From the IMG/VR virus record IMGVR_UViG_3300036845_000049, positions 1,816-65,815 of that record: DNA of 64,000 nt. One strand, given 5' to 3'. Position numbers and translations under genes: made by a program. Position 1 is the first letter of the stretch, and every line of letters begins with the position of its first letter. Source of the stretch: a virus (lineage: Duplodnaviria > Caudoviricetes). Positions 30,253 to 38,320 of the stretch are shown piece after piece. The notes beneath the pieces are model-generated. The model did not search any database and was not told the DNA's origin. It saw only the letters and a list, made by a program, of their open reading frames with translations.

Positions 30253-31748
30253 GCTAGAGCGCTAGGCGCCTGCCGCATCGGGCGGCGTGGCTTGAGTGAT
30301 TGCACGATCCGTCCCAGCACCCAAGCATAGGCACCTGCATTACCCGTCACCAGACACACATATTGCAGACAATCCGCCACGTCGCTCCAAGGGTGCAGCT
30401 TCTCGGGGATGGCTTTCTGGTAGGTGCCTCCCGACTTGTCCTGATCCACGTCGAACTTATACTGCCCGTTCAGCGCCGCTACGAGGGTAGGGCAGCGCGT
30501 TCCATCAATAAGGATCGCTGGCCCACCCTGTATGTTCCTAATGAAAAACTGCTCGACGCCACGTAGTCTTGGATCGAGGTCGTTTGTAGGGGCAGGTTCT
30601 GCCGCCAGCCCACAATTTTTCAGAACATCAAAACTATTCCACTCAAACAGGCTATCCTTCGCCCGCCCGCTCGGGTCGCCCACCAACCCGATAGGCCTAC
30701 CGGCGTATCGGGCGCTAAGGAGTGTAGGTATGAGGTTCTGCTTACAGTGCTGCTCCAACCCAATATTCTCTCCTGTCGGCCCGCGCCCCGGCACTTCTTC
30801 GAGGACTAACAATCGTCCTGAGTGGTCGAGTTGGCAGATGAGGCTCCACGGCGATCTGCCAAAATCTTGGCCCACGATCAACATCCGAGAGTACACAGGT
30901 TCTAGGGGAGATATTGATACATGGTAGTCATACCTGAAACTCTCCGCGAATACCGCCGCACCAGATGGATCACGCCCTAGTTGTGCGAATACATACCGGC
31001 GTTTATAGTCTTCAGACCCAACCTCCATAAGTCGCTCATAGTACCCCCGCCCCTGTTTGATGCGAACAGGGTCATCCTCCGGCAGGAGGACTGTTTCGGC
31101 GGTTTGATTAAGGTGCGGTAGGTTCTCTGCGTCTGGCGACATACCGGATGGTTGATGGAATATCTGCCACTGGGGTGGGGGCGCTTCAAGAAAGCTAGCC
31201 CACGGCGTATTCATAATTGGACTGTTCGTATCACACCAGATGCCCGACCACGTACAAGGACCAAGTTCGCCGCTGGGATAACGCCCAACACGACCGGCAA
31301 TATCAGAAAGAAGGTTGATGTCGGTTTCAATCGACTCGTTTACAAACGCGCCGGTTAATTGAAGTGATAAAAGCCGCTTAACGTCATCGGGCTCATCTAG
31401 CGGGATCAACAGCCACTCCGAGTACACCTCGCCGTACTCAAGATAGATCGTACTCTCGCTGACCCGCCAATCCGCGATGTTGCCGAACCATGCACGGATA
31501 TCTTTTAGGATCGTGCTTTTGAGGTCCTTGAGTGATTGCCGGATGATGGCAAAACGGGTATACCTTATCCCATCGGCAGCAGGAGCTTGTTGCGCCATGC
31601 GGCGAGCCATCTCTACGATACAGGCAGTGGATTTGCCTGATCCGACCGGACCCCATATCAAACGTCCAAAACTGTCCGATTGAAGAAATTGAGATATTAC
31701 GGGTGGGGCGTTGTAAGTCCATTGCGATCTAACCGTGCCAGTACGCAT
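30243..31748 (-). CDS. terL: Terminase large subunit
   Basis: Walker A GPVGSGKS, Walker B-like AFVNE, CDTN coupling motif, nuclease GQDFG and DVADCLQY; likely start MRTGTV at 31748. Confidence 0.9.
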   Translation of the reverse strand: MRTGTVRSQWTYNAPPVISQFLQSDSFGRLIWGPVGSGKSTACIVEMARRMAQQAPAADGIRYTRFAIIRQSLKDLKSTILKDIRAWFGNIADWRVSESTIYLEYGEVYSEWLLIPLDEPDDVKRLLSLQLTGAFVNESIETDINLLSDIAGRVGRYPSGELGPCTWSGIWCDTNSPIMNTPWASFLEAPPPQWQIFHQPSGMSPDAENLPHLNQTAETVLLPEDDPVRIKQGRGYYERLMEVGSEDYKRRYVFAQLGRDPSGAAVFAESFRYDYHVSISPLEPVYSRMLIVGQDFGRSPWSLICQLDHSGRLLVLEEVPGRGPTGENIGLEQHCKQNLIPTLLSARYAGRPIGLVGDPSGRAKDSLFEWNSFDVLKNCGLAAEPAPTNDLDPRLRGVEQFFIRNIQGGPAILIDGTRCPTLVAALNGQYKFDVDQDKSGGTYQKAIPEKLHPWSDVADCLQYVCLVTGNAGAYAWVLGRIVQSLKPRRPMRQAPSALAWT

Positions 31749-31817
31749 CTTAGTCTCTCGCGTTCGCTTACCGCTCACGCTCGGTTGGAGGTTACCCCGA
31801 GAGTAAGTCGTGAGGGA

Positions 31818-31846
31818 ACTATAACACGAAGGTAAAGGGTTGTCAA
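31818..31846 (-). promoter_or_regulatory. Sigma70-like promoter for terminase operon
   Basis: TTGACA-N17-TATAGT on minus strand; palindrome copy at 31792 just downstream of the predicted +1. Confidence 0.75.
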
Positions 31847-31982
31847 TAAGGAAAACCCAAAGAATTTGGGTTCCCGGAGGGAAATTCCGAAAAGAGTTTT
31901 TGGCCCCAAGATGTTGTACGCGCACCTAAAGGCCGCGCCCCCGGTCCATGCCTTGGTCCAGATAGGGTTACCCCTAGGGTAA

Positions 31983-32468
31983 GTCGCGCCGTCTCAGTAT
32001 GATGTAGATAGGCTAGACTGAGACAACGGGTCAAGGCAATCTACCACCAACGCGAGGAGCGGGCTTAGGAGCCGTGGTGTCGAGGCAATGTCAAAGGGTA
32101 CTTTGACGCGCTTAATGCATGGAACCGGGCACAACTTCCCGAGACATGACGCGCGGAAGTCTGCTACATGGCGGGACGTAGGTCCTTCTGATCGGCGGGC
32201 GCAAAGGAGAGTAATGACTAGGCTTTAGTGGCGAACGCCACGAAACGCGACTTGCGGGTATAGCAACCCGTAGCGTTGACAACATTTGGTGGTGCGGATC
32301 GCACCTAGGTAAGAACCCTGAGCAGACACGATATGCTGCTAATAAGAGGCAAAGCTAGGCAGTGTCCATAAAGTTTTACCCGCAAGGGTAAACGCCAATA
32401 AAAATTAAGTCTTATTGATAAAATCAACCGCCGGGGAGCAATTCCCGGCGGTGTTTTACGTTCTTTTT
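31983..32468 (+). ncRNA. Candidate large structured non-coding RNA
   Basis: No plus-strand ORF of 60 aa or more; about ten hairpins, two GCAA tetraloops, long-range complementarity, ends in hairpin plus U-tract. Confidence 0.5.
32427..32468 (+). terminator. Intrinsic terminator
   Basis: accgccgggga-gcaa-ttcccggcggt followed by gttttacgttcttttt. Confidence 0.7.
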
Positions 32469-32870
32469 AGTCTTATTAGTCTTATTCGTCTTATCAGAAA
32501 AAACCCACTACTTGAGTCATAGGTTTCGGATAAGACCAAAACCGGCCTTAAGTCACTGGCAGGAGAGGCTTTTTATATGTATGTCTTATAGTCATATAGT
32601 AATATGCAAGTAGGAAGCAAACATAGGACCTACAACTTACCCGCGTGAATTGTGGGTAACTCGGGGCCTCCCCCCTATAGGTTGCTATCTAAAAATTTTT
32701 CGTAAGACTAATTTTTCCACTCTTATCCTAACAATATCAATGGGTTAGCGTGATAAGCGCAAGTGCTACTTTAAAAGACTAAAACTAACCCATTGATATA
32801 TTTGGAGATAAGACTTCTCAGTCTGAAAAGTTAGTCCTATCCCTGCCGTTCAGCGGCGTTTTAGGCTAGC
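32469..32870. other. AT-rich iteron-like region (putative origin or packaging/terminus region)
   Basis: Repeated GTCTTA(T)/(A)TAAGAC in both orientations; 15-bp inverted repeat 32734-32748/32785-32799; sits at the divergence of the two arms. Confidence 0.5.
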
Positions 32871-32892
32871 TTACCCCTGGAGTAACATCGAA

Positions 32893-33087
32893 ATGAAGCC
32901 TTTTACATACATACTAAAGGGTAACGGCAAGCACTGCACCGCTACCATTTTTCGGCCAAATGGCAGTGGTATAGATATTAATACCATGACAAGCCAACGA
33001 AACGATGCTAAGTCCCGTGCCAAGAAATGGGCAGAAAAGCGCGTTGCGTTCTACAACGCCAATTTTCCCGATTTGACTGAGGAATAA
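32893..33087 (+). CDS. Early hypothetical protein
   Basis: 64 aa, GGAG RBS lies within a palindrome copy. Confidence 0.6.
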   Translation: MKPFTYILKGNGKHCTATIFRPNGSGIDINTMTSQRNDAKSRAKKWAEKRVAFYNANFPDLTEE

Positions 33088-33091
33088 CGCT

Positions 33092-33286
33092 ATGATGCTC
33101 AAAGTAGGCGACAGGATCGAAATACCCGTGCATTACGATATGTGGATGCGTGGGGCGCGTTTTGGCGTGGTTACGTCAATTAAGCGCAACATTCCGGGCT
33201 TTTCGGATTGTGCGTATGTGAAGCTCGATATGCTGCCTAACAAGCGCTTGCGTTTGTGGCGCATTGACTGGGAGTATTGCAGATAA
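33092..33286 (+). CDS. Early hypothetical protein (SH3/KOW-like)
   Basis: KVGDRIE...G.V...YVKLD pattern; RBS GAGGA. Confidence 0.65.
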   Translation: MMLKVGDRIEIPVHYDMWMRGARFGVVTSIKRNIPGFSDCAYVKLDMLPNKRLRLWRIDWEYCR

Positions 33287-33335
33287 TCACTAGCATTATA
33301 GGCAGCGTGAGACCTGCCTATATTAGTAGTGATTT
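33286..33335 (+). other. Long intergenic hairpin (possible RNase III site or terminator)
   Basis: aatcacta..tataggcag / ctgcctata..tagtgatt. Confidence 0.5.
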
Positions 33336-33367
33336 TGCTACTGTTTTAACCCTGAGAGTAACTAACC

Positions 33368-33463
33368 ATGAAAAAGTATGTGCACCTTGTTTGTTATATC
33401 GCTTGCTTCTGGGTGATCGGCATTAACCTCACCCTTCTCGCTGCCGAATTCCGGTTAATCTAA
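33368..33463 (+). CDS. Small hydrophobic peptide (31 aa)
   Basis: MKKYVHLVCYIACFWVIGINLTLLAAEFRLI; TAATG coupling to next gene. Confidence 0.5.
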   Translation: MKKYVHLVCYIACFWVIGINLTLLAAEFRLI

Positions 33464-33678
33464 TGTATTGGGTAATAGGAACGGCTATTGGCGTGGGTGT
33501 TATCGCCACTCTCATTAAAGAGCATCTTAATGCTGGCGGTAAGATCACTATCGGCGGCTTGATCTTTATCATGCTGCTAATCATTGGATGGGAGGCGCAG
33601 ATCGACAAGCAAGTCTCGTGCGACAATGGCAATCAGACTGCATGTGAACAGATTGAACGCGCCCACGACGACAACTAA
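33463..33678 (+). CDS. Small membrane protein
   Basis: Two hydrophobic segments, C..GN..AC motif. Confidence 0.6.
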   Translation: MYWVIGTAIGVGVIATLIKEHLNAGGKITIGGLIFIMLLIIGWEAQIDKQVSCDNGNQTACEQIERAHDDN

Positions 33679-33752
33679 TCGTTTACTCAACCCATGCGAG
33701 TATGCTTGAGAACTGCTCGCATCAGTTGTGTAAAATAAAGTAAAGCACCCAC

Positions 33753-33781
33753 TTGACAAGCCCCTTCTTTCATGCCAAATT
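33753..33781 (+). promoter_or_regulatory. Sigma70-like promoter
   Basis: TTGACA-N17-CAAATT with A-rich UP-like element upstream. Confidence 0.55.
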
Positions 33782-33835
33782 GGCACGACGCAACGGCACC
33801 ATGCGTAATTGAGTGTCATAACAGGAGTAGTATAA

Positions 33836-35017
33836 ATGGCAAGACGACCGAAGCTGGATAACACCGGCAACGAAAACGAGGATGCAGGCGGGTTCGCACC
33901 GGGCGTTGCGGAGCATATCGCTACCGACACGAGCGACGAGGCAGGCGAGACTGAGCGGTTCGATGCAAGCGAAGACGAGCCGACGCAGGAAGAAGGCCCG
34001 GACGTAGCTACGATCACGGACCCTTCAAACACAAGGACTGCGCGTCCTGCCGCTAACCCACAGGGTAACGGATCGAACGCGCCCCGCGCTACGTCGCCTC
34101 GCTCAGCGTACAACACGCTGAAGAAAAAGGTGCAGGACCTTGGCGAGCAGCTTGGCGGCGGCAAGACCAGCATGATCAGGCTGGCCGAGATTGTCACTGA
34201 GGCTGCGCAGGATGGCGACATTTCAGTAGCGCAAGTTCCTGAAATCTACGACCGGTTCAAGGCTGGCGCAGCTAAGGGTTCGACCATGACCGAGATTGGC
34301 GAAGTCTCCGACGAGGCGGCAATGGGCATGGCTCCGGCCAAGTCAATCGAGCAGCAGTTGTCGAAGCTTCTCCGGTTCGTCTATCTTGGCATCCAATACA
34401 ACACCGATGCGCTCGACCTTATCTACAAGGCGCGCAACATGCACATCGAGTTGCTGCGTGCTGCAAACGGTGACGCCGAAGTCAAGAAGGGCATCAAACC
34501 CGGCTCGACTTACAGCGTGCTTGTTGACGTGGCTCGCGCCCAACTCAAGAAGCAGAAGGATGCGGTCGAGGATGGCAAGAAGTCCGGCGTCAAGCACACT
34601 GGCCTTGCGCCATTGCTGACCGACGCTGAGCTTCGCGACATCATGACGCAGGAAGTCAAGGAGCCTGTGGACAAGACCGGCGAGGACTACTTGCTTGACA
34701 CGCTGATCAAGGCCCGCGCTACAGCCAAGGGCAGTGACAAGCGCAACGCGATCACATGCGTTGAGCTTGACAACGCCATCGAGTGGCTGCGCGCCGCGAT
34801 GGGTGTTGTTGCGCCCGACAAGCTGGCGGAATACGACGCCTCGGAAGCCAAGGCTATTCAGGCCAAGGCTGACGCCAAGGCGGCGAAGGAGGAAGCCGAA
34901 GCCGAGAAGGCGCGCAAGGCACAAGAAGCGAAAGATGCGCCGAAGCCGTCTAAGGCTGAGCGGCAGGCTGCGCTTGCTACTCCGGCACAACAGGGGAACG
35001 CGCAACCCGCTGCTTAA
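33836..35017 (+). CDS. Probably abundant early protein, unknown function; acidic N-terminus, Ala/Lys-rich C-terminal tail
   Basis: 393 aa, AGGAG RBS, own promoter and terminator, strongly biased codons (AAG, GAG, GAC). Confidence 0.85.
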   Translation: MARRPKLDNTGNENEDAGGFAPGVAEHIATDTSDEAGETERFDASEDEPTQEEGPDVATITDPSNTRTARPAANPQGNGSNAPRATSPRSAYNTLKKKVQDLGEQLGGGKTSMIRLAEIVTEAAQDGDISVAQVPEIYDRFKAGAAKGSTMTEIGEVSDEAAMGMAPAKSIEQQLSKLLRFVYLGIQYNTDALDLIYKARNMHIELLRAANGDAEVKKGIKPGSTYSVLVDVARAQLKKQKDAVEDGKKSGVKHTGLAPLLTDAELRDIMTQEVKEPVDKTGEDYLLDTLIKARATAKGSDKRNAITCVELDNAIEWLRAAMGVVAPDKLAEYDASEAKAIQAKADAKAAKEEAEAEKARKAQEAKDAPKPSKAERQAALATPAQQGNAQPAA

Positions 35018-35079
35018 TACATAAGAACGCGCGTTCGCTTACATCGAAACGCTTACGCGCGTATTACTCGCTGAGTAAC

Positions 35080-35108
35080 AAGCCCGCGCCCCAGCGCGGG
35101 TTTTTTGT
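35080..35108 (+). terminator. Intrinsic terminator
   Basis: cccgcgc-ccca-gcgcggg followed by T-run. Confidence 0.85.
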
Positions 35109-35165
35109 TGCGCACCTATCATCAACGCCAACCGTGAACGCCGCAGCGTTTAGAAAGGAGAAACC

Positions 35166-35291
35166 ATGAAGACCCTTATCGCCATGCTGGCGGTCGTTGT
35201 CTCGCTGAGCGCCGTCGCGCCCGCCGTTGCTGGATATCATTCCTGCACAACGTCGTGCTACGGCAATTCCTGCACAACCAACTGCTACTGA
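35166..35291 (+). CDS. Secreted Cys-rich micro-peptide (41 aa; not in ORF track)
   Basis: AAGGAG RBS; MKTLIAMLAVVVSLSAVAPAVA/GYHSCTTSCYGNSCTTNCY. Confidence 0.8.
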   Translation: MKTLIAMLAVVVSLSAVAPAVAGYHSCTTSCYGNSCTTNCY

Positions 35292-35633
35292 CCCCAACCC
35301 CATAGCGGCCTCATATCTACCTGCCGCAGTAGACCCTGACTGTATCATATACACTCGAACCTTCGAAGCTCCGTGCGCTTGGCGCTAACGAGTACAAGGT
35401 TCAACTCTCGCTAACGCGCATCCATGCGGAAGATGTAAAACCAAGCCAGTGTACCGAGGCGGCGCTGCGTCCCGCCCAACCCAATTCCTATTGCCGTCAA
35501 GTCCCCGCATCCTTTTCTCCATTTGAGGATCGGGCGTTGCATATCCCCAGCAACGAAATTGACGGCAGGGCGGCAGGGACGTGGCCGCAACCGTTTCCCT
35601 GCCGCCCACAATTACCCTTTGGAGTAAACTGAC

Positions 35634-35831
35634 GTGACCGATCTGGAACAATTCGAGGCGATGCTAAACCGCGCCAACATCCCACATAGCCGCCTAAAGC
35701 TAGACCCTTACGATGATGTCAATAAGCACCTTATCGTGGTCGATGTGCACGGACATAGCTTTGTGCATTGCTATTGCTGGGCAAAGTTCACGCTCGACGG
35801 CGCGCTCGTTGCCGTCGACTATGGGTACTAA
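35634..35831 (+). CDS. Hypothetical protein
   Basis: GTG start with GGAG RBS inside palindrome. Confidence 0.6.
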   Translation: MTDLEQFEAMLNRANIPHSRLKLDPYDDVNKHLIVVDVHGHSFVHCYCWAKFTLDGALVAVDYGY

Positions 35832-35833
35832 TC

Positions 35834-36160
35834 ATGCGCAACCTACGTGTAATGCGCCGCGCCGACGACATGCCATTGTATGGGCTGCTTACCCGCGTGG
35901 GTAAGTGCAAGTACGAGGTTATCATTAAGTTCGTCAAGTCGAAGCGCGTGCTGCACAAAGAGCAACTTCCCCTGCCGACACGTGCGGCGGTGCAACAGTT
36001 TTTCGCCCGCGAGTATCCATCGCTCACATGGGGTGAGCCGAAGTTCCGCAAGCCGCGCATCAAGATAGTGCGCAGCAAGCCACCAAAGAAGAAAGTTACC
36101 CGCAAGGGTAAGTCCCCCAAGCCACGCAAAAGAAAGAAAGAAAGAAAGAAAGCACAATGA
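35834..36160 (+). CDS. Basic hypothetical protein, Lys-rich tail
   Basis: Likely start MRNLRV; ATGA coupling downstream. Confidence 0.55.
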   Translation: MRNLRVMRRADDMPLYGLLTRVGKCKYEVIIKFVKSKRVLHKEQLPLPTRAAVQQFFAREYPSLTWGEPKFRKPRIKIVRSKPPKKKVTRKGKSPKPRKRKKERKKAQ

Positions 36161-36351
36161 CCAAGAAAGACTTCAACGAACTGTCGCAGCAACTAGCCAT
36201 CGTCAAGCCGGACACAGACCATGGCGTCGTGTACGCTAAATGGTCCGAGTGTGTCTATGCCGTCATGCTGGCGTGCAAATCAACCAGCGCCAACTTTGAT
36301 CGTGGGCGGTTTTTAACCGCTTGCGGCGTGCCGAATATAGGTGTGAAATGA
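36157..36351 (+). CDS. Conserved phage hypothetical protein
   Basis: MTKKDF...N FD..RFL.ACG motif. Confidence 0.7.
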   Translation: MTKKDFNELSQQLAIVKPDTDHGVVYAKWSECVYAVMLACKSTSANFDRGRFLTACGVPNIGVK

Positions 36352-36668
36352 CCCACCAGTTCGACGGACCCTATTGCAGACGACAGCGCAAGCTCGCCAA
36401 GATATGGCGTGCCATCGCCCGACGCTGGCGCGATGCGCCGTTGCGCCGGATCGTCATCAGCTATCACGAACACGATGACGACGATGGTTAAAATTTATGT
36501 GCTTGCCGCCATGCTATCGCTCCTAGCAGGTGCAGCCGCAATGACGTGGTACGCACCATCAAAAGCGTGCTACATCGACCCAAACGGCGATGCGATGGGC
36601 TATTCGTTGTGCAAGAAATAGCTTGCGATAATCAGAATGTCGCTCGTAATTTTTCTGTTTTAACCCTC

Positions 36669-36697
36669 TTGACAGCATCTTACGCTTATGGTAGTAA
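36669..36697 (+). promoter_or_regulatory. Sigma70-like promoter
   Basis: TTGACA-N17-TAGTAA; palindrome copy at 36716 downstream. Confidence 0.6.
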
Positions 36698-36751
36698 GGG
36701 TGTGTCATGCAACCGTTACCCATTGGGTAACTAACTTTAGAAAGACTGACG

Positions 36752-37861
36752 ATGAAACTCAACCAACTTGCGGCTCGAATACCAGCGCTGTACTATAGCG
36801 CGCTGGAAACGGGCGGCCCGTCCTATATCACCGAGAGTGCGCCCGGTCGTGGCAAAACCAGCGTGTGGTGTCAGTTTCCGAAGCTAATGAAACGGATTGA
36901 CCCACAGGGTAACTATGGGCTGAGCGTCATCAATGGCGCGAACTTCACGCTGATGACAGCGATGGGGTTCATGGTTCCCGTCACCGACGCCAACGGCAGG
37001 CAGGTATCTCAGTTCACCCTGCCGTATTGGTGGCAGTCAACCGAGGGCAAGCCGCTAGACGCGTATGATGGCGGTATCATCCTTGTTGACGAGGCCGACA
37101 AGCTCGGCATGGATGAGAAGAAAATCGTTGGCGAGGCAGCGCTGAGCAAGATACTCGGCACGCATCGGTTCCCACCGGGCTGGGTGGTTGTGTTCGCTGC
37201 TAACCGAATGTCGGATCGTTCGGGCTCGACGCGCGAGTTGGATCACCTGATCAATCGTCGCATCAAGATTGAGATAACCGACGACGTTGAGGCATGGGTG
37301 GAATGGGCGCTAGCTGAGAAGTTATTGCCTGAGACAATCCAGTTCGGCGAGGAAAACCCGCAGCTATTGTTCGAGCCGAAGCCGGACGATCAGCGTCCAT
37401 GGTGCACGCCAAGGTCATTACACCAGATTGATATCCATCTGCAATCGCTCATGCGTTCGTTTGACAGCGACAAGATACCGACCGATCCTCTGACGCAGGA
37501 GGAAATCAAGGGTGGCATTGGTGCGCCAGCATGTGCGCAGTTCGTCAAGACGATACGGCTTGGGCAGGAGCTATCGAGCTACGAGGACGTGATCGCCAAC
37601 CCGACAACAGTTACTCTGCCGGGTAAGCCTGACGCGATGCGGCTCATGAGCTACAAGATTGCGTCACGTGTGAGCGTTGAGGATGCTAAGCAAGCGCTCA
37701 CGTTCATGTCTCGCATGCCTGTAGAGCATCAGACGATCTTCGTTCGCATGGCGATACAGCGAACATATACTCTGGCGTTTGAGCCTAACTTCGCTGCGTG
37801 GTGCGGCAGGAATACCGCGCTAATCGCTATTCTTAACAGGTACAAGACTGAGAACAAGTAA
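36752..37861 (+). CDS. MoxR-like AAA+ ATPase
   Basis: Walker A SAPGRGKT, Walker B ILVDE, sensor AANR, LINR, TPRS. Confidence 0.85.
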   Translation: MKLNQLAARIPALYYSALETGGPSYITESAPGRGKTSVWCQFPKLMKRIDPQGNYGLSVINGANFTLMTAMGFMVPVTDANGRQVSQFTLPYWWQSTEGKPLDAYDGGIILVDEADKLGMDEKKIVGEAALSKILGTHRFPPGWVVVFAANRMSDRSGSTRELDHLINRRIKIEITDDVEAWVEWALAEKLLPETIQFGEENPQLLFEPKPDDQRPWCTPRSLHQIDIHLQSLMRSFDSDKIPTDPLTQEEIKGGIGAPACAQFVKTIRLGQELSSYEDVIANPTTVTLPGKPDAMRLMSYKIASRVSVEDAKQALTFMSRMPVEHQTIFVRMAIQRTYTLAFEPNFAAWCGRNTALIAILNRYKTENK

Positions 37862-37865
37862 CCCT

Positions 37866-38204
37866 ATGGGTAAAAGACGAGTGGTTAACCTATACCGCGC
37901 TTCACCACGCCCTGACTGGAACCAAAACCCACCCCACTGCCAAGTGTCAGTCACACTTAACGAGACAATTATAGGAACCGACACTATGCGTTTAGTATTC
38001 AATACCTCACTCACTGTTGACGTGAGCGCCAACGATGATGAACTGCGTAAGGCGTTCATGGAGTTGGTTACCCAGTCCGCGCGCACGATCTACGGACCGG
38101 CAGCGATGCTGGCCAAGTCCCGACCGATCATCAAGATCACGGAGACTTCGCGCGATGGCATGAAGGATGTTGACCTGTTCGATGAAGCGTTACCCAATGA
38201 GTAA
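37866..38204 (+). CDS. Hypothetical protein between ATPase and vWA genes
   Basis: Start and stop both lie inside palindrome copies. Confidence 0.6.
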   Translation: MGKRRVVNLYRASPRPDWNQNPPHCQVSVTLNETIIGTDTMRLVFNTSLTVDVSANDDELRKAFMELVTQSARTIYGPAAMLAKSRPIIKITETSRDGMKDVDLFDEALPNE

Positions 38205-38320
38205 GGGACATTACTTTTGCCGCAATAATTTGTGGTACTACCTCAATGAGTACGGCAAATTGTACCGCTCAAAATTGCTGGGACCAAGCCGTAGTCAACT
38301 CAACATAGAAAGACAGATCG

